A stretch of 64,000 nt of DNA from Nemertoderma westbladi (taxonomy: Eukaryota > Animalia > Xenacoelomorpha): the NCBI GenBank assembly GCA_032718475.1, contig JAUCBJ010003419.1:1-64000 (forward strand). The letters run 5' to 3'. Every line of letters starts with the position of its first letter. The stretch's first letter is position 1. The notes beneath the pieces are model-generated. The model did no database searches. It was not told the DNA's origin and worked only from the letters and a program-made list of their open reading frames with translations. Of the stretch, positions 26,303 through 38,489 are shown piece after piece. The position numbers and the translations under genes were made by a program.

Positions 26303-26526
26303 TATTCGATATAAAAAAAGGTAAGCGGAAAACACCCTTTTTTCACTCATTTTCAATTTAGCGAAATTCAATTATTCTATCCTAGTTAGTCGTTGAGGTT
26401 TACACTAGATGGCAGGATAAAAATGCCAACGAGTGGAAAACTCAACACACGAGGGCAGAACATCTGAATTTCGCTAAAGAAAATGAGTGGAAAATAATGT
26501 TTTCCGTTACGTTTTTATATTGAATA
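26303..26526. repeat. Imperfect palindromic element
   Basis: ATTCGATATAAAAA...CACTCATTTTC...TTAGCGAAATTCA mirrored by TGAATTTCGCTAA...GAAAATGAGTG...TTTTTATATTGAAT. Confidence 0.65.
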
Positions 26527-27340
26527 TATTGTTTTACTGTATTTGAAAAAAAAATTTCACCAGCGTTATCAACGTTTATGACGTATAATATTACTATAAT
26601 TTAATACGGAATCTCAAATAAATACATACTGTATAGCGCTACTGTAGCTGTACAGTAAGCTATCTGACAAGCCTCGGTCTACATTACAGTATATAATCAT
26701 TATGCACCATGAACTTACTCAATTATATGAAAGTAGGCCTATGTAATTAATTTGATTATATTGTGTAGTAAATAGTTCATTAAATTAAAAAAAAATAAAG
26801 TTAAAAAAAGTAAAAATTAGTTTAAAAAAAGTAAAAATTAGTTAAAAAAAGTAAAAAATTAGTTTAAAAAAGTAAGGGTGTTGGGGAACTTTACACAACT
26901 CCCTCCCTGCGAATTTGTATCTCATCGCAATGTTAAATTATCAATTAGCACCTACGGGAAAGGAGCAGGTTACAATGGCACGGTATTCTAACCAAAACAA
27001 TGAACTAAAGTCAATAGAAAATAGAACAGGTTGCAGTTATATTTTAGAGAATAAGCAGCAGTTTTTTGTGTCGATTTTCCCATGGAAAGGGATGTATTAT
27101 TATTGCGTCGCAGAGGCCTACTGTACTTTAAAGATTATTAATATATATTGTTTGTAATGATCACTGTCATGCAAAGTATACGTTAAGTTAAGTTTTTCAT
27201 ACTGTAGTAATACGCTGTTATACAGTATTAATCTGAATGCCGCCCGCATGCAATGCCTACAGTTTGTTGCCCGAATAAACGATATTGAAGTTATCATGGA
27301 ATCGTGTTCCCTACAGTACTGTAGTTGTCGGCGTACTCAC

Positions 27341-27502
27341 GTCATAAGTCGTATAATTGTCTGGTCTGACAAGGTAATCCTCTGCATCAACCAATGAGAA
27401 TGTGTTGCTCTCATGTTCTTGAGCAATAAGATCCTGGATATCCTCAAATGTTGCCGCTACATCTTCCAAATCCTTTATATCATTCAGATCAGCAACTTCA
27501 GT
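27341..27502 (-). CDS. EGFR: EGFR/ErbB-family exon, proximal C-tail
   Basis: 162-bp phase 0-0 exon (TTTTAG|, |GTGAGT): TEVADLNDIKDLEDV...LVDAEDYLVRPDNYTTYD, resembling EGFR VVDADEYLIP. Confidence 0.78.
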
Positions 27503-27857
27503 CTAAAAATGTAGCAACGATACTATCAAAACCTACTGAAATATGCTAATATATCAATAATATTTAATCACTTAATACTTGTGATGTAGGTAGGTAAATA
27601 GGCGCTATGGGCTGATTATGATATTTGTTATGTATATGTTGCCTGCATTAAACATTAAATAATAATAATAATAATAATGTCCATTCATATTGCCTGTAAT
27701 AGGCTTACAGTATGATAGGCCTACTGTACTACTGTATGTAGGCTGTCGGTCTCCTGTATGTAGGGGTAGGCGGTAGCCGGTAGGTCTACAGTACTGTACT
27801 ACTGTATGCAGGATGTCGGTTTCCTGTATGTAGGCGGTAGCCGGTAGGTCTACTCAC

Positions 27858-27955
27858 ATTCAAGATCATATAGCGGTTAGGGTCTTTAGCAATTGTAGAT
27901 AATTCAATTGATAATTGACGAAAGGTTTTTCGAGCTTCTGGCTGGGCCATCCAAC
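27858..27955 (-). CDS. EGFR: EGFR/ErbB-family exon, end of kinase domain
   Basis: 98-bp exon with TTTCAG| and |GTGAGT encoding WMAQPEARKTFRQLSIELSTIAKDPNRYMILN, resembling EGFR [32 protein letters not shown], phase 1 to 0. Confidence 0.8.
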
Positions 27956-28151
27956 CTGAAAAAAATACGCTTTCATGACGATGTGTATAAAGTTAGTCAT
28001 TCCGAGCGGAGTAAAGGGGGGGGGGGGGGGGGGGGGGGGGTGGTGATAAAATTAGCATTTTATGTAAAAAATAAATAGTGATATTCACTCTGTTGTTGTT
28101 GTTGTTGTTGTTGTTAATTTCCACTTAGGGTTTGGTTTTAAGACTTTATAC

Positions 28152-28224
28152 GGCACGGAGTGGATCAATTGGGAGAGCGTGGGACTTGGAATCTCTAGGT
28201 ACAGAGTTCAATCCCCACATTCCG
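28152..28224 (+). pseudogene. tRNA-derived sequence (SINE head or tRNA pseudogene)
   Basis: CGGAGTG-GATCAATTGGGAGAGC...GAGTTCAATCCC-CACATTCCG: A-box-like, B-box-like, partial acceptor pairing; degenerate stems. Confidence 0.45.
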
Positions 28225-29670
28225 ATTAATTTTTTTGGTAGTTAGTAATATTTAAGGAGACAGTTCATGCGTTAGTAGACGCGGACCTTTGCGCGATTTC
28301 GCGCTTGTTTTGATTCGGGGCTCCCTTTTGACTATATACCAAATATTATGTTGGTAGAATAATATTATTTGATCTGCTAATATAATTAATTAGTTATTCC
28401 CTATCTATAAAGGCTATAATACTAATATAATGCATTAATGTATAATTATTATGATTCAAAGATCCTTTTTGACTACCTAATGATGGATTTGATATATATA
28501 CACAATACTTCTTTGAAAACCCAGATGTTGATAGAATAATATTATTTGATAGGTTGATATAAATAAGTGCACATTAAATTAAAGTATTTAAGACCTTGAC
28601 AGAGATGTATAGAATAAGACTACCGGTTAACAGGAATTAAACACAAATTCCTAAATTTATCGGAAGAAGAAAAAACATATCAAGAATTCAAAGTGAGTTT
28701 AAAATACATAATAATAGCAGCCGCGATATATAATAAAAACACCAACGACTCACAACATTATAGGTTATAACCATAACCATTTCTCCAAAAGGGCACGGCT
28801 GGGCTATAGACGTTGTGACGGCCAACTACAGCATAAGTACTGGTCAAACTAGCCCGCTCAAAGGCCTTGCTATGTGCTGTGTCATTGCCATTTGGACTCG
28901 ATTTTCGCTACTTACCTATTCCAACAATGTTAATTTCAGGTTCTTAACGCGGTAAATTAACCCACTGTGCGTGTGCGTTTCCCAGTACTGTAATATTATT
29001 CCCCAACTTAATAACTGACCATCACAATGTATAACGATACTGCCGTGTATACAATGCGCGTGCAACGTGCACTTACCCTGCACTACACTTTAGCTCTCAG
29101 CTCTCATATAATATCCTATCAGCAATTCTAAATAAGTCACATGCACAATTACCCACATGCAGCGCAGCATAAAGGAATAGTTTACATGTATAGTACTGTA
29201 GTACTTTTTATTACTATCAGAACTAGTTTACAGCGCCCGAAACCACCCCAGTCCAGAGTGATTGATTATATTGCCCGCTTGTTAGCAATTTACGTGAGCA
29301 CTCCTATTGTGAGATAGGTATCCCGAGACAACCCAGTGCTCACGGACTAAATACAGTATATGGTGTTTGATTGGTTTATAATTTTTACATCATGTTAGTT
29401 AGCCAATTCCGTTGCCATGGCCTAATGGTATAGAAACAGCGAATTATATTATACTCAGTTGAAGCTCTAGAAAATATAAATCTTATTATAAATTAATTTA
29501 ATACGAGTCTGTTTTTGGGTTTAACTGAAATCCAAAAGATCCAGAATCAATCATGTTTTCTACCATAGGTAGAAAACATGACACACTGCATTTTTACTTT
29601 CCTTTACCCATTACATATCCTCTATTTTCATTTTTGTAGGTACAGTATCAAGTGATTAACAACATAAAAA

Positions 29671-29850
29671 ATGTCCTCGAAAATCTTCATATATGGGTTC
29701 ATGATGGCGCTTATAGTTCTTGCAACAGTTCTCTACACCTGCAATGCAGAAGAAATGTGCGGGATAGATTCAGATTGCTATACTTGCGAGTGTGTTTATG
29801 AAGAAACTTGCACTTTTGGGTGCTATTCAGAATGCTGCGAAAGACCATAG
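29671..29850 (+). CDS. Small secreted cysteine-rich peptide, 59 aa (just below ORF-track cutoff)
   Basis: MSSKIFIYGFMMALIVLATVLYTCNA|EEMCGIDSDCYTCECVYEETCTFGCYSECCERP*; signal-peptide-like N-terminus ending C-N-A; 8 Cys in a 33-aa mature part; AAAAATG start context; acceptor TTTTCATTTTTGTAG| at 29639. Confidence 0.75.
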   Translation: MSSKIFIYGFMMALIVLATVLYTCNAEEMCGIDSDCYTCECVYEETCTFGCYSECCERP

Positions 29851-30176
29851 ATAGCCTGAAGCAGTATTGCCTTATGGCGCCGTAGAGGCGATGGGGATGC
29901 AAATTGCCAATTGGGGTGTCGTATCAGCCTTCTCATTGGGTTAATGTTAATTTAATATTGAAAAATTAATGCCTTGAAGTAAAAATTTTACCTTAAACTG
30001 TGTTCCTAAATTTGGTTTTGTTTTGGTTAGAAAAGCCTACCATTATAACCTGCTACTTTCCTTTAAAAGCTAACTTAAATGGTGAATATCGAAATTAAAT
30101 ATTAGCGAAGGCGAAATTATTGATAATAATTGGTAATTATTATATAATATACGAAGGGGATACTGTACAAAGTGTA

Positions 30177-31076
30177 CACCATGTCCTGGAGTGTGGTTAT
30201 TCAGGTACCTGCCCGCCCACCCCAAATCGTTCTACAAATCTTAATGAAATTGCATGAAATTTGAAACAGAGATAGTTTCACCTCCATCCTCCTTGCTGGG
30301 TGAGCCATAATTTTTATTTTCGCTTTCATTATTTAGCTACAAGCGTTTGAAAAAGGTGTCTCTGACGATATAGCACCATTTTCACCGCAGTTATTCTTCT
30401 TCAACCGTATAGTGATTTGTTGATATTGACGGAAAGCTGGCCATGGAAGGATTCTAAATATGTATCACAATATGAATTTCGTCGTAGAATAGCTGAGATA
30501 TGAGCGTTCCAAAGTTGCATGGTTATGCACCTGCGTGAAGCTATTTAATTATATTTAATGAATACACCATATTCTAGAACATTTTGTTTATCCCATACGT
30601 AGCTGGGCAACAATGCAATAACTCTAAAATCATATGCTAGCTATTCGTGCATAAACAAGTGTTCCAGAATATATGGTGTATTTGTTAAATAGAATAAAAT
30701 AGCCTCCGTGCAAGAATTAAACGCTCATATCTCAGCTATTTTATGACGAAATTCAGATTGTAATACATATTTCAGTATTTGGAATCCTTGCCTGGCCAGC
30801 TTTCCATAAATATCAACAAATTGCTATAACTGTGGTGTAACTGGTACAATAGCGATGGAGACACCTTTTTCAAACGCTTGTAGCTAAAGAATGAAAGCGA
30901 AAATAAAAATTCTTGCTAACACAGCAAGGAGGAGTGAGATGAAAATCTATCTCTGTTTCAAATATCATGCAATCTCATTATTAAGATTTGTAGAATTTTT
31001 TTTTTTTTGGGGGGGGGGGGGGGGGGCAGGTACCTGAATAACGACACTACACTACAGTATATTCCAGGACATGGTG
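30177..31076. mobile_element. Palindromic TA-flanked MITE (Tc1/mariner-type target)
   Basis: TA|CACCATGTCCTGGA ... TCCAGGACATGGTG|TA; arms self-complementary over about 400 bp; second copy at 49486-50428, partial copy near 42866-43087. Confidence 0.8.
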
Positions 31077-31943
31077 TATCAGATTGTCAGTGTAGTACCG
31101 GTACTTTTGGACTGCATTAGTTTTCTGGTTGCCTGGATTACCCGGATTATCTTTTGTTTGGATATCAATATTTCGTATGTTTTATGTAGCCTTCTGTCTA
31201 TCTGTTACTGGTAGGCAGGCCTGCAGGCATAATGCAGTACCGGTACTACTGTATTTGCTGGTTCAATCCTACATCTACATTGTACATTCCAGCATTCTGA
31301 TGCTGTATTGACTGTATGGTGAAATTACTAAATTAGAAAGCCCGATATTCAGCGAATATTGAGGCTGTATTGTATTTAGGCCTAAACCAAAATTACAAAT
31401 AGTCAGTTAGCCTATCTGCATATAGCAGTACCAGTAGGCCTACCTGCAACCTGCCTAGCCTAACCCAACATAACCTTATCCATGTTTATCTGTTTATTGT
31501 AGGAACCAAGACAAAATATATTATGACCGGTCAGCCGGTAGGGTAGGGCGTAGGCGGCGTAGGGGTAGGGCTGTAGGGTGACCACCCTAATATTGGAATA
31601 CTACTACGTACTAGGATCGGCATTCTGCATTCGGCAGCTGCATTTTTAACACTAATACGTACATGTGTGCTACATTTTGTAGTCCGAAATGTTTCAGCAT
31701 CAAGTTTGTTAGAGAAATTTTGGAATTAATACTCCAGGCGCCATCTATCCCTAGATTAAGGCATTAAATACCGGTATATGCTTAAACATTCCTATGACCA
31801 TAAATGTCTATTTATACACCACCAACCACTGAGAATAGAAAACCTCCAAAGGTACTAGGTACATGTCAACTACAAAATGTAGTCTTGAGTTCTCCATATA
31901 ATCACATTTGAAATTTTTGTTATAGAGTGAGGGGTTGTGTTCA

Positions 31944-33333
31944 GGGTCCGTCTAAAAGCCACATCGGACCCAATCGGTACCACATCGGACCAAATCGGAC
32001 CACATCGGAGGCCACATCGGACCACATCGGGGCCACATCGGAGCCACATCGGCCACAAATTAGCAATTTAGGATGTAAATAACAAGTTCCAGCACCAACT
32101 GACCAAACTCGTATCAGTAATTCAGTAATTGTTAGTCTTTCTGACAACAGGTCAGGCTGGTAACCGGTACTGCACTGCAGTAGGTACTAGATACTAGAAT
32201 ATCTAATGCAGAGACTATTGCCCCTACTTATACAGCAGTACAGTACAGTACTGGACAGCTGGACGCAAATCCCATCTTGGCGAATTAATATCCCGCCTCA
32301 ATGTTATATTCTCAATTTAGGGAAAGGAGCAGGTTGCAGTGGCACGTTATATTAACCAAAACAATAAACTAAACACAATTATTATTTTTGATATTAATCA
32401 TCTGTTATTTGCATCGAATTTCCCCTGGAGAGGGAGGAATGTTTATTGCGTCCAGTTCCCCCACCCCCCCCCCCCCCCCCCCTATCTGAATAATTTTGAG
32501 CTGAGCAAATATGTAGTACCACACCTTTGGCTGAGAGTTAGTGAAGCCTTTGATGCTGTTATTCTGATGTTCTGTTATCTGGTTATGTTCCAACTTTAAA
32601 CGTTAACAACGTTCATACATCGGTCCCAATCGGTACCACATCGGACCCAATCGGGTTCACATCGAACCTAATCGCTACCACATCAGACCCGGTCAGACCT
32701 AATCGGTACCGCACATGATCCAGAGATCCCAGACGACTCCACAGTCCATTCCGATTGGTGGAAGAATATGTTGCATGATTGAATCCTCGGATCGCATATC
32801 GTGTTACTACAATGTATCTTTCGATTGACAATTAGATGTTCGGTGATAAAACTCCATGGAATTCTTAAACCATACAGTCTATTGGGAATTCAATTGTCAT
32901 CAAGCGTACAACACACTCTTCTCCTCCTAGATGTTGGTATTTTTTTTGGTATTACATTATATCATTATGCCAAATTAATAAACATAAATAAATAAAACAA
33001 ACTAAAGTAAAATAACACGTTACGCTTACAGTTACATGTATGTTGCATTAACCAAAATAATAAGAAAATCACTACCAATTCGGACCCAATTGGTGCCACA
33101 TCGGAGCCACATCGGTGCTGATTGCGACCAGTAGCTTTGGTCCGGGCTGGTACCTTTTGAGTCTGGCTTGGAACCTTTTTGAGAATGGTGTGGTACCGAT
33201 TGGGTCCGATGTGGAACCGATTGGGCCGATGTGGTACCGATTGGGTCCGATGTGGTACCAATTGGTTCCGATGAGGTACCGTTTGGGTCCGATGTGGTAC
33301 CGATTGGGTCCGATGTGGCTTTTAGACGGACCC
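31944..33333. mobile_element. Non-autonomous TIR element with 5-bp TSD and subterminal CCACATCGG repeats
   Basis: TIR GGGTCCGTCTAAAAGCCACATCGGACCCAATCGGTACCACATCGGACC exact at both ends; GTTCA on both sides. Confidence 0.85.
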
Positions 33334-33729
33334 GTTCAATATGATGCAGAAACAGGTTATATACAGTCAGTAAAGTAATATTGATGTTTTAGGCTGTTAG
33401 GTAAGAGCTACACATTCATGCTTCACAACAACACTCAATAGCTAATTCTGAGGCACCTGCCCATCTGAAAAATTATCTTATTGGCGATTTCCCCAACCAT
33501 AAATTTAATCAAAGTCAATTTTGATTGGGTCTTTACATTATTACATTGTAAATTACAATAAGAATTATTACTTGACAAAACGAAATCATATATGTCAGTC
33601 AGTAAGTCTGCAAGATCATTGTGTAGGTTGTACGTTTTATTATTTTATTTCTATATGTACGTACCCACCCGGCTGCCCGGTTTCCGTAAATGTCCAGAGT
33701 TTGGCGTAGTTTAGAACATCATATAATAT

Positions 33730-34380
33730 TTGGCGAAGATGTTCATGATGGCAGGTGAAGGTTCATCTGATGAAGCAAGTGAAGGGGAAGAAAATATTAG
33801 GCTTATTGAGGAAAGTGAAAAAGACTGTGATTCAAACATTGATAATATTTCAGGTTTATTGAGTGATAGTGATTTTGAACTTAAGATCGAGAGCAGCTGT
33901 AGTGGTGGTAGTGATAGTGAGTCTGATTCAGGATAATCTATATCCACATTACCAGGCACAAATGAAAATATCATTTTAGCACGTTCTGGTGATGAGTATG
34001 TTGAATCAGAACCCAAACCAAGAAAGAAATCACGGATAGATATTGTCAGAGTTGTACCTAGAGTTTTACAAAACCCAATAACGGAACTTGATAGTTTTTT
34101 TATGTTTTTTACAATTGAAATTATTTACATCATATTGCGTGAGACCAATAGAAAATGTCGAATCCTAGGTGAAAAACTTGGAAAAACATTCATTCAGTTT
34201 TCATTTGTTGAGCTAAAAGCGAGCCTGGCTGTACTGATAATGGCAGGAGTATATAAAAGTGCACATCAAAACATTCAAGAGCTCTGGCATCCGATTCATG
34301 GACCACCATTCTTTAAAGCTACTCTTGGCTTTCAACGATTCAAATTTCTAATTCGCTGTCTACGATTTGATTTAATTTAG
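33730..34380 (+). pseudogene. Truncated piggyBac (PGBD-type) transposase N-terminal region
   Basis: Acidic N-terminus, then FFTIEII...RETN...ELKASLAVLIMAGVYKS...ELW...PFFKATLGFQRFKFLIRCLRFD; stops; DDD core missing. Confidence 0.85.
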
Positions 34381-34849
34381 TTTTAATTTAGTTTTACAGC
34401 TCAAATGAACCATATAGGCCTATTGAAATTACTTAGTAAATACAATTGACATACATGACTACAAATTGTAGCACACATGTACCATTTAGTAAAGACCACA
34501 AGTCTGTACCGATTAGTGTTAAGAATGCTGTACCGGCTTGTTGAAAAAATTGCGCCGCCACAATTCCCTATCACCCATGACATTTGCTAGATCATCCGCG
34601 TCTTCAAGACCAGTGTCCTTTAAGATGTGTCTCAAGAAAGTCATGGGCTGTCCACCACAGCACCATGCAGCCATGCTTATTCACTCCATGCATGCCATGA
34701 GGCTGCCAAAGCACAAGATTATGCACTGGCTGATCCTCACGGCGAAAGCAATGCAGAGTCCTGCAAAGCAGAGGCGACTTTGTGCTAAGCTAGTGTCAAG
34801 CTTTGGGGATCCAATGGGACACTTCCAATGTTATATAGCTTTTATCAGT

Positions 34850-36330
34850 TTATCCCTTTGGCTGTTTGGGGATTACCATCGCCTCAACGATACTACCGTC
34901 GACTACCGATACCCCCTGCCACACATCCAGGACTTTAACAACACCCTGGATTGAAAGTTTCGAAGACAGACCTTCCAGATTTTCGAAGGTACCACCAAAT
35001 CCTCATGGCAACCAACGATATACAGAATACGGCAATAATCACCCCTTTTGCCTTTGGCCTTTGGGAATTCCTCTGAATGCCGTCTGGGCTAAATAACACC
35101 ACCCAGGCATTTCAACAGCTCATGGATGGCATCCTACGCAGCATCCCGTTCGTGTGCATCTATCTCGACAAAATCCTGGTAGAATCCAGTCAACATCAAC
35201 GACATCCGGTCGAATCGTCGCCGAACACCACAGCCATCTCAGCCAGGTATTCCAGCTCCTCTCTGTCAATGTATTGGTCGTGAACCAGTCCAAATGCGTT
35301 TTCGGTGCATCCGAGTTGACCTACCTCGGCCATAAAGTTACTCCTTCCAGAATTCCCCCCCTCGAGAGCCGCATCGACACCATCCAGGACTACTCGATTC
35401 CAAACTCAGCTTACAATGATTCCTTGGTATGGTAAATTATTACCACCGTTTCATTCCACAATTAGCTGACAAACTATATCCACTGGACGAAGCCCCACAC
35501 TCAGGCACTTATGTGGTCTCCCGAAAGCCAGTGAGCATTTACTGCTGCCTGAAAGCCTCCCTTGCCACTGCAACTCTCCTTCACCATATACCATTCGGGG
35601 ACTCCACCATCCTTTGTGACGTATCCACTGGACGTACGTCCAATTATCCCATCGGCAGTCGTCCTACAACATGCGCCATCTCATCACGTTATGTTTGGCA
35701 CGGAATGAAACGCGATTGCCAAGAGTACCATGATTGCCAAACCTCAAAGATTCATCGCGATGTCGGAGCCCCACTGCTACGTCGTCAACCTTCCGACAAC
35801 AGATTCGAAAATCTGCTTGTTTATATTGTGGCTGTGGGTCCCCTCCCAGGCTCAGAAGGTATCATTGACCTTTTCAGCCGCTGGCCGGAAGTCATCCCGA
35901 CGGCACAACCAAGAGCTGCGCCCAAGTAGCTTCATCCGTCATGGGATTTCACATTTTGGTATCCCTGGTGATAGAGCTACCGATAGAGGCTCACAGCACA
36001 GTTTACATCCAAGCTCTTGTCCGGACTCAGTAAGCTACTCGAATCTCGTCGTCAAATACAACGGCCTGCCACCGTCAGCCTTTTTGGAATGATTGAATGC
36101 CTCCATCGTCAGTTCAAAGTCTCCCTCAAAGCATGTCTATCTGTCCCAAACTGGATGGATGAGCTTCCCGTGGTCCTCTTAAACATAGGACGCTGGTTGC
36201 TCTCCCGCTGACCTTGTTTACAGAACTAGCCTCCATGTTCCAGGAGAATTCGTCAGACAATCTCAACGAACAGAGATACCTTCATCCGACTTCTTACAAC
36301 ACCTGCAGGTTACATTGCGCACTGTCGTTT
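34850..36330 (+). mobile_element. Degenerate Ty3/Gypsy pol (RT and integrase remnants)
   Basis: GDYHRLN...RYPLPHIQD, MPSGLNN...FQQLMD...YLDKIL, KCVFG...YLGH, VNYYHRFIP, YVWHGMKRD, IDLFSRWPE, TDRGSQ, WMDELPVVLL; RT before integrase; many frameshifts; no LTRs recognised. Confidence 0.9.
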
Positions 36331-37689
36331 CAGCCACCCCAGAGTTCCGTTGGCAGGTTGGCGCCAACAGGTTTCCCTCCCAATTAATCTTGATTCGACT
36401 GGATATGCTTTTGTGGGGTACAGAACACAATCATATAATGTTGCTAGGGGTCAGAAATAACAACAACACTCGCCCAGTATCCCCATCAGAACAACACACA
36501 ACAGCTGCTGTCGCACTGTAGGCATATCGAATATGATATCAAATTATATTGTATTGTTGTGGGGCGAGCGACGAAAGTAAGCGAGCTTAGCATACTGGTA
36601 CCACTAACTCAATCGGTGTGTCTGTTGCTCTGTTGCTGTTGATCTGTTGCTCCGTTGATCTGTTGTGTCCAATTTTAAACGTTAATAACTCAGCCAAATC
36701 TCGATAAAATATATCCAAACTTGGTACATATGTAGTCTGGCAAAAGTTTAGAAATTTTCCAAGTTGAATTTGCATGGGGTCTTCGTGCAGCATCCTGTGT
36801 AACTGTCTTGCAGTTATAATAAATTTATCTACCTGAAAATTATTAGGCTTGGCATTAGCTGGTTACTAGGAGACTACGGGATAGGCTATATCACAGTATC
36901 AGGCGGGTTTGAAATTCAGCAATACCGGTACAATGCACCAATAATGCAGTAATGTGGCCTTGGGAAGTGTGGTGGGCCTATTTCACTTTCAGCCATTCCA
37001 GCATTTCCAGGTTGCAGTACGACACCGGTACCATGAGACACCGGCACCTGTACTCAGTACCGGTACTGCTCACTGCTGTTGCTGTATCTGGTAGGCCTAG
37101 CTTTCTAGACTGGTTGTCAGTCTGTCAGTGTGGTACTGCTACTGCATTATCTGGGAAGTTTTGAAATTATGCGGACTTAAGACAGACTGACATATTGTCA
37201 GGTTGTACCAGCTGACCATTATTCCATGTTCCGGTATCCACTACTGCACTAGGTACCCCAACAGCCCAATACTGCAATACCCAGCAAAGTTTTGGAATTG
37301 TACCGGTACTCAAACAACTCGCCATCAAGGCCACCGTATCTGTCTGTCGCAGTGTCATTGGCGACCTCGACTTTTGGTATCGGTACTGCGCTAACACTAC
37401 GGGCAAACTGGACTAACCGACGAGTGAGACCCGAGGACTGAAGAAAAATTTTTTGAGTAGTTTGACTGTGGACTTCTATGACATCGACTGATCGATGCCA
37501 AGCTGCCAATGCGAAAGTTTTTTTTAAAGTAAAAGTTTGGTTAAATTTTCTTAATTATTTATTTAAATTTCTTAAGTACCGATTTTGGGATAGAATTGCT
37601 CAATTTTAATCTGTATCTAATAACTGACCCTTGTCCTGAGCGATGGCCCCACGAACATGTTAATCATATATTACTCTTATTCAATAAAT

Positions 37690-38040
37690 AGTAATGAATG
37701 GGAGAATCTTTTAGGCGTGTTATGCCAAGGAATGCCTGTTCACCACCACGGGTGATCTTCCACAGTAAACCCTCCCGCTCTGTTTCCTAGTGATCTTCCA
37801 CAGTAAACCATTCCACTCTGTTTCCTAAAGTAATGCCTGTTCACCACCACCACCATGGATGATCTTTCACAGTAAACCCTTCCACTCTGTTTCCCAAGTT
37901 GCCATGGTTCCCATTTATCGAGCAGTGAAGGATGAAAGCCAGGGTTGGACTAGGCTGCAGCATTTAAAGCACTGTGCTCAAACAGTGCTGCCGCATCTAG
38001 GGATCGAACCAGGGCTTCCTAATTGGAAGCCCAGGAATGT
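37690..38040 (-). mobile_element. tRNA-headed SINE copy
   Basis: Minus: B box GGTTCGATCCC, then CTTTCATCCTTCACTGCTCGATAAATGGGAACC (resembles the conserved Meta-type SINE core); related copy at 46670-46692 plus 48285-48460. Confidence 0.6.
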
Positions 38041-38489
38041 ATATATATATCTATATATACTATAACTACAATATACTATATTACTGTATATTAGTTTGTT
38101 CGCTAAATAATAAATTTTATTTGGACTTAAAGTTCGTATTACAAAGTTTAACACCAATAAAAGACTGAGTTTAAGACCTAATATTTAGTCTTAAGGTGAA
38201 GTTTAAGTCCTTTTTGGTCTCTAACTTCGTTTTTCGACGTTAAGTCTTTTTTTAGTCTTAATGGGCTATTCTTTTACACAATATAAAAAAATTCCGATTG
38301 GCAGATCAGTACCACCATTATTTGTTTACATTGCTTTATGACTGAACCCCAATGGAAATGAATAATGTTTGTCTAATGAGAAGCAACCATTCAATACAGC
38401 CAAATATATAATTTAATAATATATAATATATATATAAATATATATATATATATAATATATGATTTAATAATACAATAATAATTAATATA

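Noticed and set aside
28152-28224. Functional tRNA gene
   Set aside because: Stem mismatches and a degenerate T-arm; treated as tRNA-derived only (same for 4848-4910)
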